The notes under the pieces were generated by a model, which did no database searches, was not told the DNA's origin, and was given only the letters and a program-made list of their open reading frames with translations. DNA of 63,015 bases, the filler included, from Lenisia limosa (lineage: Eukaryota > Protista > Breviatea), in assembly GCA_001655205.1 (NCBI GenBank). It is 8 parts of 8 records of this genome, joined end to end, with 100 filler letters (N's around TTAATTAATTAA, not from the genome) between each part and the next. Parts side by side here need not be neighbours in the genome. Positions count along the whole stretch, not along the records: positions 1 to 29,309 come from LPNZ01001712.1; 7 more parts are not named here. The stretch is one strand, 5' to 3'. Shown here in pieces: positions 1 to 10,803 of the stretch (positions are counted from its first letter, which is position 1; each line of letters starts with the position of its first letter). The position numbers were made by a program, and so were the translations under genes.

Positions 1-38
1 CCTCCAATGCTGTTTCTTGGCCCGTTTTCATGTTTCAG

Positions 39-2034
39 GACCCACTGCTTCCTGCGTTGACGGACCTTCAAGACGAACTGGCGGACCAGTACCAAATAAT
101 GCGCAACTTCTCATTCTACCCCAACGACGAACTTGAGGTGGGTATTGCAGGTTTCAACTTACCCTCCAGTCCCTCATCCCAGCCTTCCGGGAAAAATTAG
201 ATCGTCGGAGTCATGCCCTTGTTTTGGTGTCTGCAAAGCGCCGCCGTATTCTCCTCAAAATGCAGTGTATTTCAGCGTTCACCTCCGGTCGTGTCTTTCA
301 TCACATGGAAAAACCTGAGTATGACGCTTTCTGTTTCTTTTGTAAGTAACTACTTAGGACCGAGCCAGAACCCTCAGCCTCAGCAGTACGCGGGGGCTTA
401 CTTGTTGATGGGTTGTTCTGTTGCCTTTTCTTGCATTCCACTTAATGACAGAGGGATATTCAGAGGCCATTTGATATTTTTCTCACCTGCAGGCGGTGGA
501 CTTCAAGGAAATTGACGATTTGTTGGCAGAGACCGTCGGCTTCTCACCGCATATCCAGTACATCACTGAGTACATGGTGGGTTTCTGTCTTCATTGAGCA
601 TTCATAACTGTTTAGCTGCGCAATATGAAAGACACAGAAGAAGTCCAAGAACTCCGACTCTCGATCAAGGTTTGGTTCGGGTGTTTCTTATGCTTCACAA
701 CTACGGTTAAGGTCCGAAAAAAGACCTAATTTTTCAATAGATAATAATCGATAGTTTACTGGTCTTTTTCCGGACCTTAGGTAAGAATCATATGATATGA
801 TATTTATGATATGATATTTGTGTTTCTTCTTGGTCTCTTAATTAACTCCATTGCTCCTGCTCTGTTAATGCTCAGGCTGAGCTCAGAGACTGGGAAAGAG
901 ACTTCAATCGTCGACATGAGAGAAAACGTGAGCCCCAAACTATTTCCTGTCTCGCTTCAATTCCCCTTGACCACTCAGCCACGGCCTCGGACAAGAAGGC
1001 TGACCTTGAATTTGTGAAGGCCTTCAGGTGGGTGCCAGATGACTAGGCCGTTCTGATTGAACAGGGTCTTCAAGCTTGTGACCGCGGAGATCAATTCACG
1101 ACAGGCCCCCAAGGCTGTATCACCCGTGGAAAGCCAGCACGAAACACAGGAGGTTGCGGTGGACCAGCTTGGAGGTGAGCACTGCTGGCGGCTGACTTGA
1201 TCAGGGCTGGATCTTCTGGAGAGAGCTCGTGGAGCGGTGGACAACGCAGAGGGTAATGGGCTTGATGAAGCTGAAATTGCTCTGGCCGAAGTAAACCTGT
1301 GCCGGAAAGAGATGAAGAACATCATCAGAGCCGTGAAGGTTCGAGTTGATGTGACATTTTGCTCATACCCCAATAATGTGAATGAAGGGCTCTTGGTGGT
1401 GGCAGTGTTTTTTGTCTTGTTCTTGTCCTTCTTGTCTGATTTGTACTGGATTCCATAGCACATCATCTACACCTCTATCCCCGTACCTTGCGGCATTCTT
1501 TGGACTGATTGTGCAGGCCATGCCGGATGTGTACGGTCGCAACGATGTCAAGGTCTTGTTTAACCAGCTCAACCAGCTGAGCATACTGAGGGAACAGGCT
1601 GTTGCTTTGGTTCGAGGGAATTGAATGATGCAGGGGGTGCCAACGGAAAGTGATTCGGAGATACTCATGTCCTATAGGTCCGAATAGCTGGGAAGGCCTT
1701 GGGACAAAAACCCATCATTGACTCCACCCCCGACACTCCAAATGAGGTTTGCAGGGGCCAGCTATGCAAATTTCAATATGAATGTAAATAATAAGACTAT
1801 GTTTTCCATGCAGATGTTTTTCCGCTTGTCTCCTGCTGCGACTGGCCTGGGCTTTGTTTGTGTTTTTGTTTTCAACCCTTGTGTGTTGTCAGCCAACNNN
1901 NNNNNNNNNNNNNNNNNNNNNNNNNNNNNNNNNNNNNNNNNNNNNNTTAGTCTCCAGCCACATCCCCGCGGGCGATGCCGTCGGTCCCTTCCCTTCCGTC
2001 GGATGATGATACTTCCGACTCCCCTGCGACTTGA
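39..2034 (+). CDS. Multi-exon hypothetical protein (5'-truncated) with an Sld2/RecQ4-N or FAM13-like helical motif
   Basis: GT-AG-bounded exons join into an open reading: DPLLPALTDLQDELADQYQIMRNFSFYPNDELE ... LRNMKDTEEVQELRLSIK|AELRDWERDFNRRHERK|PTASDKKADLEFVKAFR ... YLAAFFGLIVQAMPDVYGRNDVKVLFNQL. Probable last exon is SPATSPRAMPS...SPAT-TGA at 2032-2034. Confidence 0.55.
700..785. mobile_element. Degenerate family B MITE in an intron
   Basis: Inverted ends AAGGTCCGAAAAAAGACC...GGTCTTTTTCCGGACCTT and a central ATCGAT core, matching the family B copies at 30311 and 59491. Confidence 0.6.
1826..1897 (+). repeat. Family D1 dispersed repeat, sense to the host gene, running into a gap
   Basis: GCGACTGGCCTGGGCTTTGTTTGTG...CAACCCTTGTGTGTTGTCAGCCAAC matches copies at 36690, 38538, 54290 and 59738. 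A 50-N gap follows, then a TTAG acceptor. Confidence 0.75.
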
Positions 2035-2320
2035 TTGTTTCTTTTTATTGTTTCTAGGCTTTGAATGTGAGGAGGCCGGTTTTGTTTTGATTGTTAGTCT
2101 AATTTATTTCTTCCTATGTTTGGAAGACTATCACATGCTATTTCTCATTTAGGAAGAGGTGATCAGATATGCCAGACTCTTCGACTCTTCTGCCGGATAG
2201 AGGGGTACTTTTATTAGTATGTGTTTTGTAAGCATCTTTGTTTGCTTGGGGGTTATACATCAAAACTAAAACAAGCAACCACTAAACATAGTAGACCATG
2301 ATACACATTTATTATACAAC

Positions 2321-5300
2321 CTAGATATTGACATTTGGGTTTGAAACTTGTGCCTGAGCAATTGATCGGTGGGGAATTTTCAGGGAATTTGAGGCTTCCT
2401 GAAGAGTCAAACAAGTCCTCACCAAACTCAAACACATGACCCCCCGCCTCACGATCAATTTCTGAACTAGCGGAGCGTTAAGATTGAGGGCATTGATTTG
2501 GTCGTCAATTGCCTGATCAACTTGGAGGAGAGATTCCTGAAATGCCTTTTCCTCAGCTCCCGAGGCCATTGCTAAGGGGTGACACTAATTGCTTGGGGTG
2601 TTGCGATTGTGTCTCCAACCAACCAAGCTTGAGCCTGATGATCATCCTTTGCGAGAGAAGCCCCTGATTTGGAGGAATAGAATCGAAAACCGTCTTCACT
2701 GCAGCCTTCATTTCATTAATCTGGCTCACTCATTTCTCACCAACCTCATCGCCCCGTTTTGTGTGTGCTTCGGCATACGCAATCATAGTTACATTGAACA
2801 AGGGGTGGTGTAAAGTCTCGGCGTTACTTGCTAATTGCGCTGCAGAGCGGAGGGAACCACTGTGGTGTTAGATTCAGTTCAAAGTGGTCACATTCTTATC
2901 CCTCCATCCAGCACCAGAATTCAGCCTACACTGCGGCTTTTGCGTCAGTTGAGCGTTTGAGCTGCATGATGCCCTTTCCAACTTCACAGCATGCTCGGAA
3001 GGCATGTGACTGCGTTGTCAGTCTTTGCATATGAGATGCAGTACTTGACCATCCACCATTTGCAATAGTATTGGTGTGCGAAAGAAGTAGGCAGCCAACT
3101 TACTGGGTCATCAGGATTCACCAAAGAATCGTAATTCTTAACTTGGGTATGGTAGAACTCAGCCTAAACGGTAATATATAATATCTATGATATTTGGTAT
3201 ATTATATTGATAAAACCAAAAACTGTGTACCCCCCCTCTCGCCAACGTCTTCGAAATTAGCGATGGCTGAAACAGTGGCTGAAAAGAGAACGTTGGTTAA
3301 AAGAGCCTTATCACTGTCCATGTTGTCTGCTGTCTAAAATGGATTAGTACTTGGAGTCAATCACCAAAGTTCAGTAACAAACCTCCCAGATATCCGAAAG
3401 AATCGTCTGTGCCTGGTGCGGCTGGTTAAGAAGCTCTTGGAAGAAGCTCTAAATATATGAAAATAAACCGACACGGAAAGAACAATCACTTATCACAAAA
3501 CCATACGCTTGTGATTGCATAAGAAACCGCGTTAGCAGCGGCACAAGACGGGTAGGCTTGAACCATTCCATGGGCTGAGGTAAGGTGCTAAAAGGATCAA
3601 ACTTGTTGCAATACAGCGTAACCAAGCCTCCCTTTCCCCTACTTCAGCAGCCGAATAAAAGTCAGTGCTGGCACAGCAAAGGTCTGCCATGATGATATGA
3701 CTAAACAATAAGAATGGCAACAGGTCAAGATTAGCCCCCCCCCCCNNNNNNNNNNNNNNNNNNNNNNNNNNNNNNNNNNNNNNNNNNNNNNNNNNNNNNN
3801 NNNNNNNNNNNNNNNNNNNNNNNNNNNNNNNNNNNNNCTGAAAAGATGAATCAAACAATAGATACAATATGTAGAGATGAGAAATAAAACAATGTATCTG
3901 ACCAAAGCCGTCCACATCATCACGCTTATAAGATTGATACCCAAAGCTGTCCACATCATCACGCTTATAAGATTGATACCCAAAGTTAGTGACGATAACT
4001 TACGATTGGAAGGCGCTATTTCGGGAACTAAAAAATTAGTGAAGAAAAACAGAAGCATGGGAAGAGATCATTTCCGATCTTACGTTCGATATACTTGAGG
4101 GAGGTTGTCAAGATTTTGATTGCCTTTGGGAACTCGGAACCCTGTCGAGCCAACAAGGCTTGAATAACGTCAACCAGAAGCAACCTGGGCAGTCAGGTAA
4201 TTCAAAAAGGACCAGTCAAGTCAAAACGCCAATTACAATGCCTGTGGATGAAGCCATGAGTAAGTCGGGCATTTCAACAAGAGAACATCAGGCCTATTCG
4301 CTCTCAGATGTCTGTTGGCATAGTCACGAGCCATGCTGATGGACCCGGATCTGAACAGTTAATTCAAACTCATCAGGTATCAAGGCCTCCCACCTTATAT
4401 GAGTGACTGCAACAAGGCAATGGTAGTGCAGCGTAAGGTACGCGATCTGAGCAGTTAAAGATGCCAAAAGGAGATCAAGTGCCATGTTATTACCTACTGT
4501 TTCTTGGGGGAGGTTTGATTTGACACCTACACAGGTAAGTTAAAGAGGAGGTGAATAATTTTAATCACGAACCAATAATCTGAAACTCCAAACAAATGAA
4601 AAACAAAAAAAACAAGCAACAACAAACACGAGCAACCAACGCTAAAACTAGACAAAAACCAGATGAACAAGCCTGAGCCAGCCTTTGAAGAGTCCCACCA
4701 CCGCTCCATCACCCAAAATAAAAAGATATGAAATAAAGTGAAAGTTTGTTCCGCGCACATTTTGAATGAATTGAGTTCATTCGCATGAGACTCTTGTCGA
4801 AGTCGTCAACAGAGCCAGTTGTAAGATAAACATGATGGCGTGCGAAAAGGAATACAAGCTTGAAAGTTAGATACTGAAGGGAGACGAGGGGGAGTTAGAC
4901 ATTATTTCCAGCTCACCGCGATATCAAGGAGTTTCTGACTGAACGCGTCAACAACCCCCTTCTTTAGGACTTCATGGGCCGCACAATGGTCCCTGAAACC
5001 TGTCATTGTCGAACAGCAATGATGGAAGGAGAAAGCCCCACTCACTTTTGTTCAAGAAGCAGGACTGCTTGATCAAGACGAAACTTGGCTGTTGTCTCAA
5101 AGTGCTTTCTGTACCAGTAATGCAATTTGTTTAATGAAAGAGTTTTATATTTGTTAAATTGAAAGAGTGCAGATATGATGATAGTTTGATGACTTTAGCC
5201 CAACCTTTTGACCGACTCGTTCTCCGCAGTTTCCAGTACTGATAAGGCTTCCTTGCTGTGATCACTCTTTTGATCCGGAACTGCGGTGAGAGCTGCAGCA

Positions 5301-5628
5301 AAGAGGGAGCACTTCCGATAGAACTGATCCTCATCTTTAGGCTGACGAGATAAATGGCGGTTTTGAAAAAAATATCCGTTACCTTCACACCAGCCAGAGC
5401 TGGACTATTCAAAATATCCAATGCAAGGTGGAAGAGCTTGGGAGCACTATTGGGATGGAAGAGAAGACATTCAACGGCTCGAAGGTGGGAATCAACAATT
5501 TCCTTCTCAGAAAACTTTCCTGACGTATTTTCAACAGATAAAAACGTATGAACTGCACGAACAATGTCTCCAGAGACGCGAAATCCCTCAGCAAGAGCCC
5601 ATATCCGCTCTAATAAGGTAACTTCCAT
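2321..5628 (-). CDS. MAU2: MAU2/Scc4-like cohesin loader subunit (helical/TPR-like), multi-exon; 3' end uncertain
   Basis: The first exon MEVTLLERIWALAEGFRVSGDIVRAVHTFLSV...DSHLRAVECLLFH resembles the MAU2 N-terminus (LLGFAEHFRTS..IRLCVHCL..ARTHLQLG). Further helical exons with GT-AG boundaries continue to about 2320. Confidence 0.6.
3902..3985. repeat. 39-bp tandem duplication (about 2.15 copies) inside a family E repeat
   Basis: CCAAAGCYGTCCACATCATCACGCTTATAAGATTGATAC starts at 3902 and 3941, with a partial copy at 3980. Confidence 0.9.
4540..4720. repeat. Family D2-like dispersed repeat in an intron of the MAU2-like gene
   Basis: AATAATCTGAAACTCCAAACAAA is shared with the copy at 38033; a related segment occurs at 52026. 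Confidence 0.55.
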
Positions 5629-5737
5629 TGATTATATCTATAAAATGTAATAATAATCTGTTCTTATCGGCAAAATATAGGACCTATTTTAAAGGTTTGT
5701 TTTCGGTTTCATAGTCTAATCAAAAGTAATCATATAT

Positions 5738-6790
5738 ATGCTTTGTTCAACTGTCTTTCTCAACCTTTTGCTCCCTTTTCGCGTTGGAGAGCTTATAAGT
5801 ATATAAATAATATATATCATTAGTTTTATCAGGAAAGAGCGGCTCAACCCGTTTGCAACCAGAATCCCACTCCATTATGGTTAGCTACAGCTCTTCATTC
5901 TTCGCCTTTGCTTTGCTCATTTTGAATAGGATTTTAAGGGCCAGCAATTAGCGGACAGACTCAACAGAATAATTATCTGGCTGTTTTCTGTAAGAGGGAG
6001 TGGGGNNNNNNNNNNNNNNNNNNNNNNNNNNNNNNNNNNNNNNNNNNNNNNNNNNNNNNNNNNNNNNNNNNNNNNNNNNNNNNNNNNNNNNNNNNNNNNN
6101 NNNNNNNNNNNNNNNNNNNNNNNNNNNNNNGCCTGATTGTTTCTTCTCTTGTGGGTGATAATCTAATGCCAACATCTCAAAAAATGCGTCCCTGACATAT
6201 CAAGGATTCTAGTGTTTTCTACACTGTGAATATTCTTATTATTATTTTCAAAAGCCGCGTTGTAACTCGTTTTCAGGTCGTTCTTCCCGACTGGCCCTTC
6301 CTCAACCGCAACCCCGTCAAATTCATGCCCACTGTCAAGCCGGAAGTAGTTGGGTGGTAATGGAATCATAAATTTCAGCCTGTTAAAATGGCAGAATAAT
6401 AATTCTGCTTTTAACACATTATGAGGTTTTGCGAACTCACTCTTCACATTTCACTTTTTTTTTGTCCTAAATATACTGACTAACTGGTATTCAATAATGT
6501 TAACTTCTTCGACAGGAATACTCATATTGTCCCTATTCCTATTAAACACTGAGTAACATTAATGTTACTTCTTTTTAGGATGAAGACGAAGATGGTATCC
6601 CAACTCCACCCAAAACTTGGTTTGGTTTCTTTTAGTGTACTTTTTCTTATTTATTTCTTTCTAAGTTAACAAAGGTAGTTATGGTGAAGCTTATTTTTTG
6701 AATTACTTGACATTGTCATTATTTGCTATACAAAGGATCATGGTCCTCCTACAATGCCCTTCACTAACTGCTCACAAGAGTGCAAGAATT
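5738..6790 (+). CDS. Small multi-exon hypothetical protein, head-to-head with the MAU2-like gene
   Basis: Candidate exons MLCSTVFLNLLLPFRVGELI|RKERLNPFATRIPLHY| ... VVLPDWPFLNRNPVKFMPTVKPEVVG| ... DEDEDGIPTPPKT| have GT-AG flanks. No family recognised; interrupted by a gap. Confidence 0.35.
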
Positions 6791-6911
6791 GAAAAACAAA
6801 ATAACATGAATGTCCAGCATTATGTGTGGTGGTACAATACTATATTAAAATAGAACCGAGACATCTAAGAAACGAAAAAACAAACAAATTAAGAAAAATG
6901 AAACACTTCAC

Positions 6912-7943
6912 CTAAGCAGTCGCAGACTTAGGGACAGATCCCTGCTGGATGAGCAAAGTGCAACAGAATGCAACCAACGATTACACTCTCTCTTCTAAAA
7001 TACAAAGACAACCAGTATTATGGTATAAAAGCATGTGAGTGATATAAAAGTTGCCCGTCATACAGGAACGAAAGTTCTTGAGTTGGTGGCCTTGGCGTGG
7101 GCCACAGCCTCCTGGATAGACATATTGGCAAACATGTTGTTGGCAACTGCTCTTTCCTAAGAGGTCAGCAACTGTCCCCGTTTCATATGTATTATTGTTA
7201 AAAAATGTATTTAGGGCTCAATTTGATCCATAGTAATCCAAAATTCAGATTTGGACTACTCTCAACATTAATTTCTACTGGCCACTTAATGATGGGGAAT
7301 GTGAAGCAAAAGCATCAAACCCGATCAAACCTTGGCATCAACACGCTTGAAGTCAAGACACACCAGCTAAACTGTTAAATGCTCTACTCTGAGAGAAAAT
7401 TGAACATACTTCCCTTTATAACACTAAAACCAACCGAGCGGAGAACGTAAATGGTGAAAAGGCGATAATTGGGAAGACGAGCGACACCATTTTCAAGAAG
7501 AGAGAGCACCTTAAGGTTTTCAAGATTAGAAAGGTTCACAATCTCGTCAAGATTGGACACTCTGTTGTTTGTGAAGATAAGGGTCTCAAGATTGGGGATG
7601 TATTCGTCTAAATTAAGAGTGAGATTAAGATCAAAATAATAAAATAACCTACGAAGATCCTTTGCAACGCTGGCAACACGGTTATTACAAAGATAGATGT
7701 TTTTCAAAAGGTTGAAGCGGGGAATATTAGCCACCTTGCGAATAGCGTTGTTAGAAAGATCAATACTATCAAACTGATCCTACAGGGAGTTAATTAAGCC
7801 ACAACAAGTCTCAAAAATACCTGAGTAATTGCAAGATTCTCGATTAGCTGGATACCATTGTCACGGAGATCAAGCTCACGAAGACCACAGGGGTTTGTGA
7901 AAGCCGGGGCATCCTTGACAAGATCTGGAGTCAACCTCACCAT
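6912..7943 (-). CDS. SNRPA1: U2 snRNP protein A' (LRR plus LRRcap)
   Basis: MVRLTPDLVKDAPAFTNPCGLRELDLRDNGIQLIENLAITQ|DQFDSIDLSNNAIRK...NLENLKVLSLLENGVARLPNYRLFTIY is colinear with U2A'/Lea1 (MVKLT..RELDLRG..IENLG.T.DQFDAID). Confidence 0.95.
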
Positions 7944-8142
7944 TATGATTTAGTCAAAATACAAAAGGAGTGAAGAGTGGTACTTAAAATATGCCCTTAA
8001 GGTGCTAGAAAAGAGGAAAATGAATCCTAAAAATTTTCACAAAAATACCAAAAACTGTGGTACTTATATCGATTAGGCGGAAAAAAAATTATAAAAGCGA
8101 GAAACAAAGACAAAGAATCAATTGCTTAAGAGAGAATTGAAG
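7944..8142. promoter_or_regulatory. Putative bidirectional promoter between SNRPA1 and xdhC
   Basis: About 200 bp of AT-rich sequence between two divergent ATGs; function inferred from position only. Confidence 0.5.
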
Positions 8143-10577
8143 ATGGAACCATATTTTATTGCCTCTAAGGCTGCAAGCCTTGCTGTTGACGTAGGCCTAC
8201 AAATCTCTTGATTAACACTTCCTCAGGCGGCTTCTTCTGCCTTCTTAGTTACACCTTTCCGTGTACAAGGATCTGCACCTACCCCAAGAGGCGCAAGAAT
8301 GATCGTCTTCAAGTTAGCAACTTTCCGCATTCAGCTGGATGTCTCATATTCCGAACTTTTGAGCAGGCTTATTTTGAGCTTGTTGAATTGATAGCATTAT
8401 AATTTGATCTTAGTTAATATAAAATCTATTGTGTAAATTGGATAAATTTGCGGAAATGGAGTCTTAATTTTATCAGGAAGAATGCATGCGACCAGCCGAG
8501 CAAGCGCGCGAAAAAGGGAATATCGCTATCAGACACGCCGGTGACTGGCATGCCTGGCTGGCATATCACTGTGAGGGGTTCAGCTGGGTTGAGTTGTGTG
8601 GTTTAGTACTATGCTTAATCTAATTTATTGATTTCTCATTTGTCGAAAAAACTATCATATATTTGCTATTTATTTTTTTTCTGAATAGGAAGGCAAATGA
8701 TGCATATATGCTGCCATCCTTTAAAATATGATTTTCGAACAGCTTTATTTAAACATAGTTGAAATAATTTATATGTGGGGGGGGGCAGTGAACGGGCATA
8801 ATTGGACTTAGGCTAATATCATATGCAATAATAACCAAGAAAGAAAAGCCTTTTGTATACTCTGCCTAACAGTTATTTCAGGGCACACTTGGAGGCGGAC
8901 TCATGGAACATCGCAACATCGAGAAGGCCATTTCTGTGAGCTGCTGGGGTAATGATGATTTTCCGTCCGTCTTGCGAGTTGATTAATTGTCCAGTTGGCG
9001 AACTCTTCGGACAAGGCGGTGCTGTACCACTACTCTTCGATGAACGAAGACATTGATGAAGCGCTTCCTGTATGTTCTTTGTAACTGTCAGTTTTTTTCC
9101 CTGCTAACCCAAATATTGCTATAAATTTTCTAGTTTGTTAGATTATAATCTTCCATATTCCAGGTTTGTGGTGGAGAGACGTGGATGGTTGTTGAACGAT
9201 TGGACCGACTCACCCACAACGGTGATGGTAGGCGTGGTTCTCGATTGGTTATGCCTTCAGAATTCAAGATAGGGTCAGAAGCAGCTCAGAGGACCAATGT
9301 TGTTGAGGTGAGATATTGTTGTTGATGTTTATCTGTTTCTTATCCTACCAGTTCCTTCGCTTGCCTAAAGATGGGAAGGCTGTGCAACGCCAAATAGTCT
9401 CACGTGAGAGGTGGTTTAAAAGTCAAATACAGTACAACATGGGCCTTGCATCAGCTTTGGTCATTTCTTTTTCTTCATAGTGGCCCAGAGGTATCAATGT
9501 CAAAATGAAACCCCAACAATGTGATTGTATCCAAGTGAATTTTTAGTTGGCGATGACGGAGAGTACAGCACCCTGGTTGGCACCCTAGGGTCGGAGGAAC
9601 TGGACAAATGGAGTAACACTATCGCTGCAGGAGTATGAAGCGTATTATGAACTGTTCTGTCATTATTGGCTGGTTTAACGTTTTAGGCCTTCAGAAAAGG
9701 GATGCACCATCGCGTCACCCTCCCCCACAGTAAGCTTCGCTACTTGTACCATGTGTTTATGTTGTAGGTGACGAGGAGTTGATTGCATACCCCTACAACT
9801 TCTCACCCTGGGTATACATATTTGGAGGCGGACACGTCGGCGCCATGGTAGGTCGCTCGGGCTGTCTGACCTCCAGATCTGTGAGATCGCTTCAATGGCC
9901 AATTTCAAGACCTGCATCCTCGACCACCGTCCCGAGTTTAGCAATTCTCAGGCACACCCGAAGGCTGATAAGGTGCGTGCGTCTTTCGATTCCTCACAAC
10001 ACAGACTGTGACAATTCCTGGAGTGGACAAGTATTTCGATACCGTTTCAAGTCTCAAGGTACGCCAGTTGATGGTGCTGACATCTTTAGGTGTGCACACA
10101 TGACAATATTGTTGCTGTTTCAAGGTGAGGCTAAGAGGCGATGGTATCATTTCTCATTTTACTGTAGTGGTCATATTGGAGATCTCAATGTTGTTGATGC
10201 CGCTCTCAGATTCGACTGTTTACCGTATAGGGGCATTGTGCCATGGCCACATTCATGTTCATGAATTATTATATATCATATGATATAGTATACTCTTTAG
10301 TATGATATGATCTTAGATTCCCCAAATTCTTACAAACGCAGCTATGTTGGCATGATTGGTTCGCGAAGAAAGAGGGGCATGGTATACGAAGAGCTCAGAA
10401 GCAAGGGCCATACAACAGTAGGACTGTCCAGGCTCTCACAGTTAGGACGAAATCGACCGAATCCACAACCCCATTGGCCTGCCCATTGGAGGCGAGACTC
10501 CAGGCGAAATCGCAGTCGGCATTGTGGCCGAGTTGGTAAAGAGACGCTATGGTGGTCGCAGACTGCCCAAGGTCTAG
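8143..10577 (+). CDS. xdhC: XdhC/CoxI-family molybdenum-cofactor chaperone (xanthine dehydrogenase accessory factor), about 15 or more spliceosomal introns
   Basis: Spliced exons give all family motifs in order: FLVTPFRVQGSAPTPRGARMIV, GTLGGG, CGGETWMVVERL, a second GTLG, VYIFGGGHVG, FKTCILDHRPEF, GHIGDLNVVDAAL, YVGMIGSRRKR, DRIHNPIGLPIGGETPGEIAVGIVAELV, then TAG. Confidence 0.9.
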
Positions 10578-10803
10578 GGAGGGTTTTTGAGGCTCTTATA
10601 TATTGTTTCCTTTTCAACTGTGTCACATATTGGTGAGGACTGGGATGCCTTTCGACGATTATATTTACAACACCAACACCGGGCTTATTATTGCGGTATC
10701 TGTGAAGAATTTTAAACAACCGCTTGAAAATGTCATCCTTTTGCATCGACGCTTTCAGTAAGTAATTCAAGAGGGAAGAACATTCATAAATACAAGAGGT
10801 ACA

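Noticed and set aside
8208-8402. SRP9-like reading (GCLIFRTFEQA)
   Set aside because: The overlapping frame gives a much better match to the XdhC N-terminal motif (VQGSAPTPRGARMIV).
8456-8570. In-frame TAA between two ATGs suggesting TAA=Gln, and a TPR-like reading (AEQAREKGNIA)
   Set aside because: Confident genes end in TAA or TAG. The segment fits as an XdhC exon in a different frame that links MIVFK to LFQGTLGGG.
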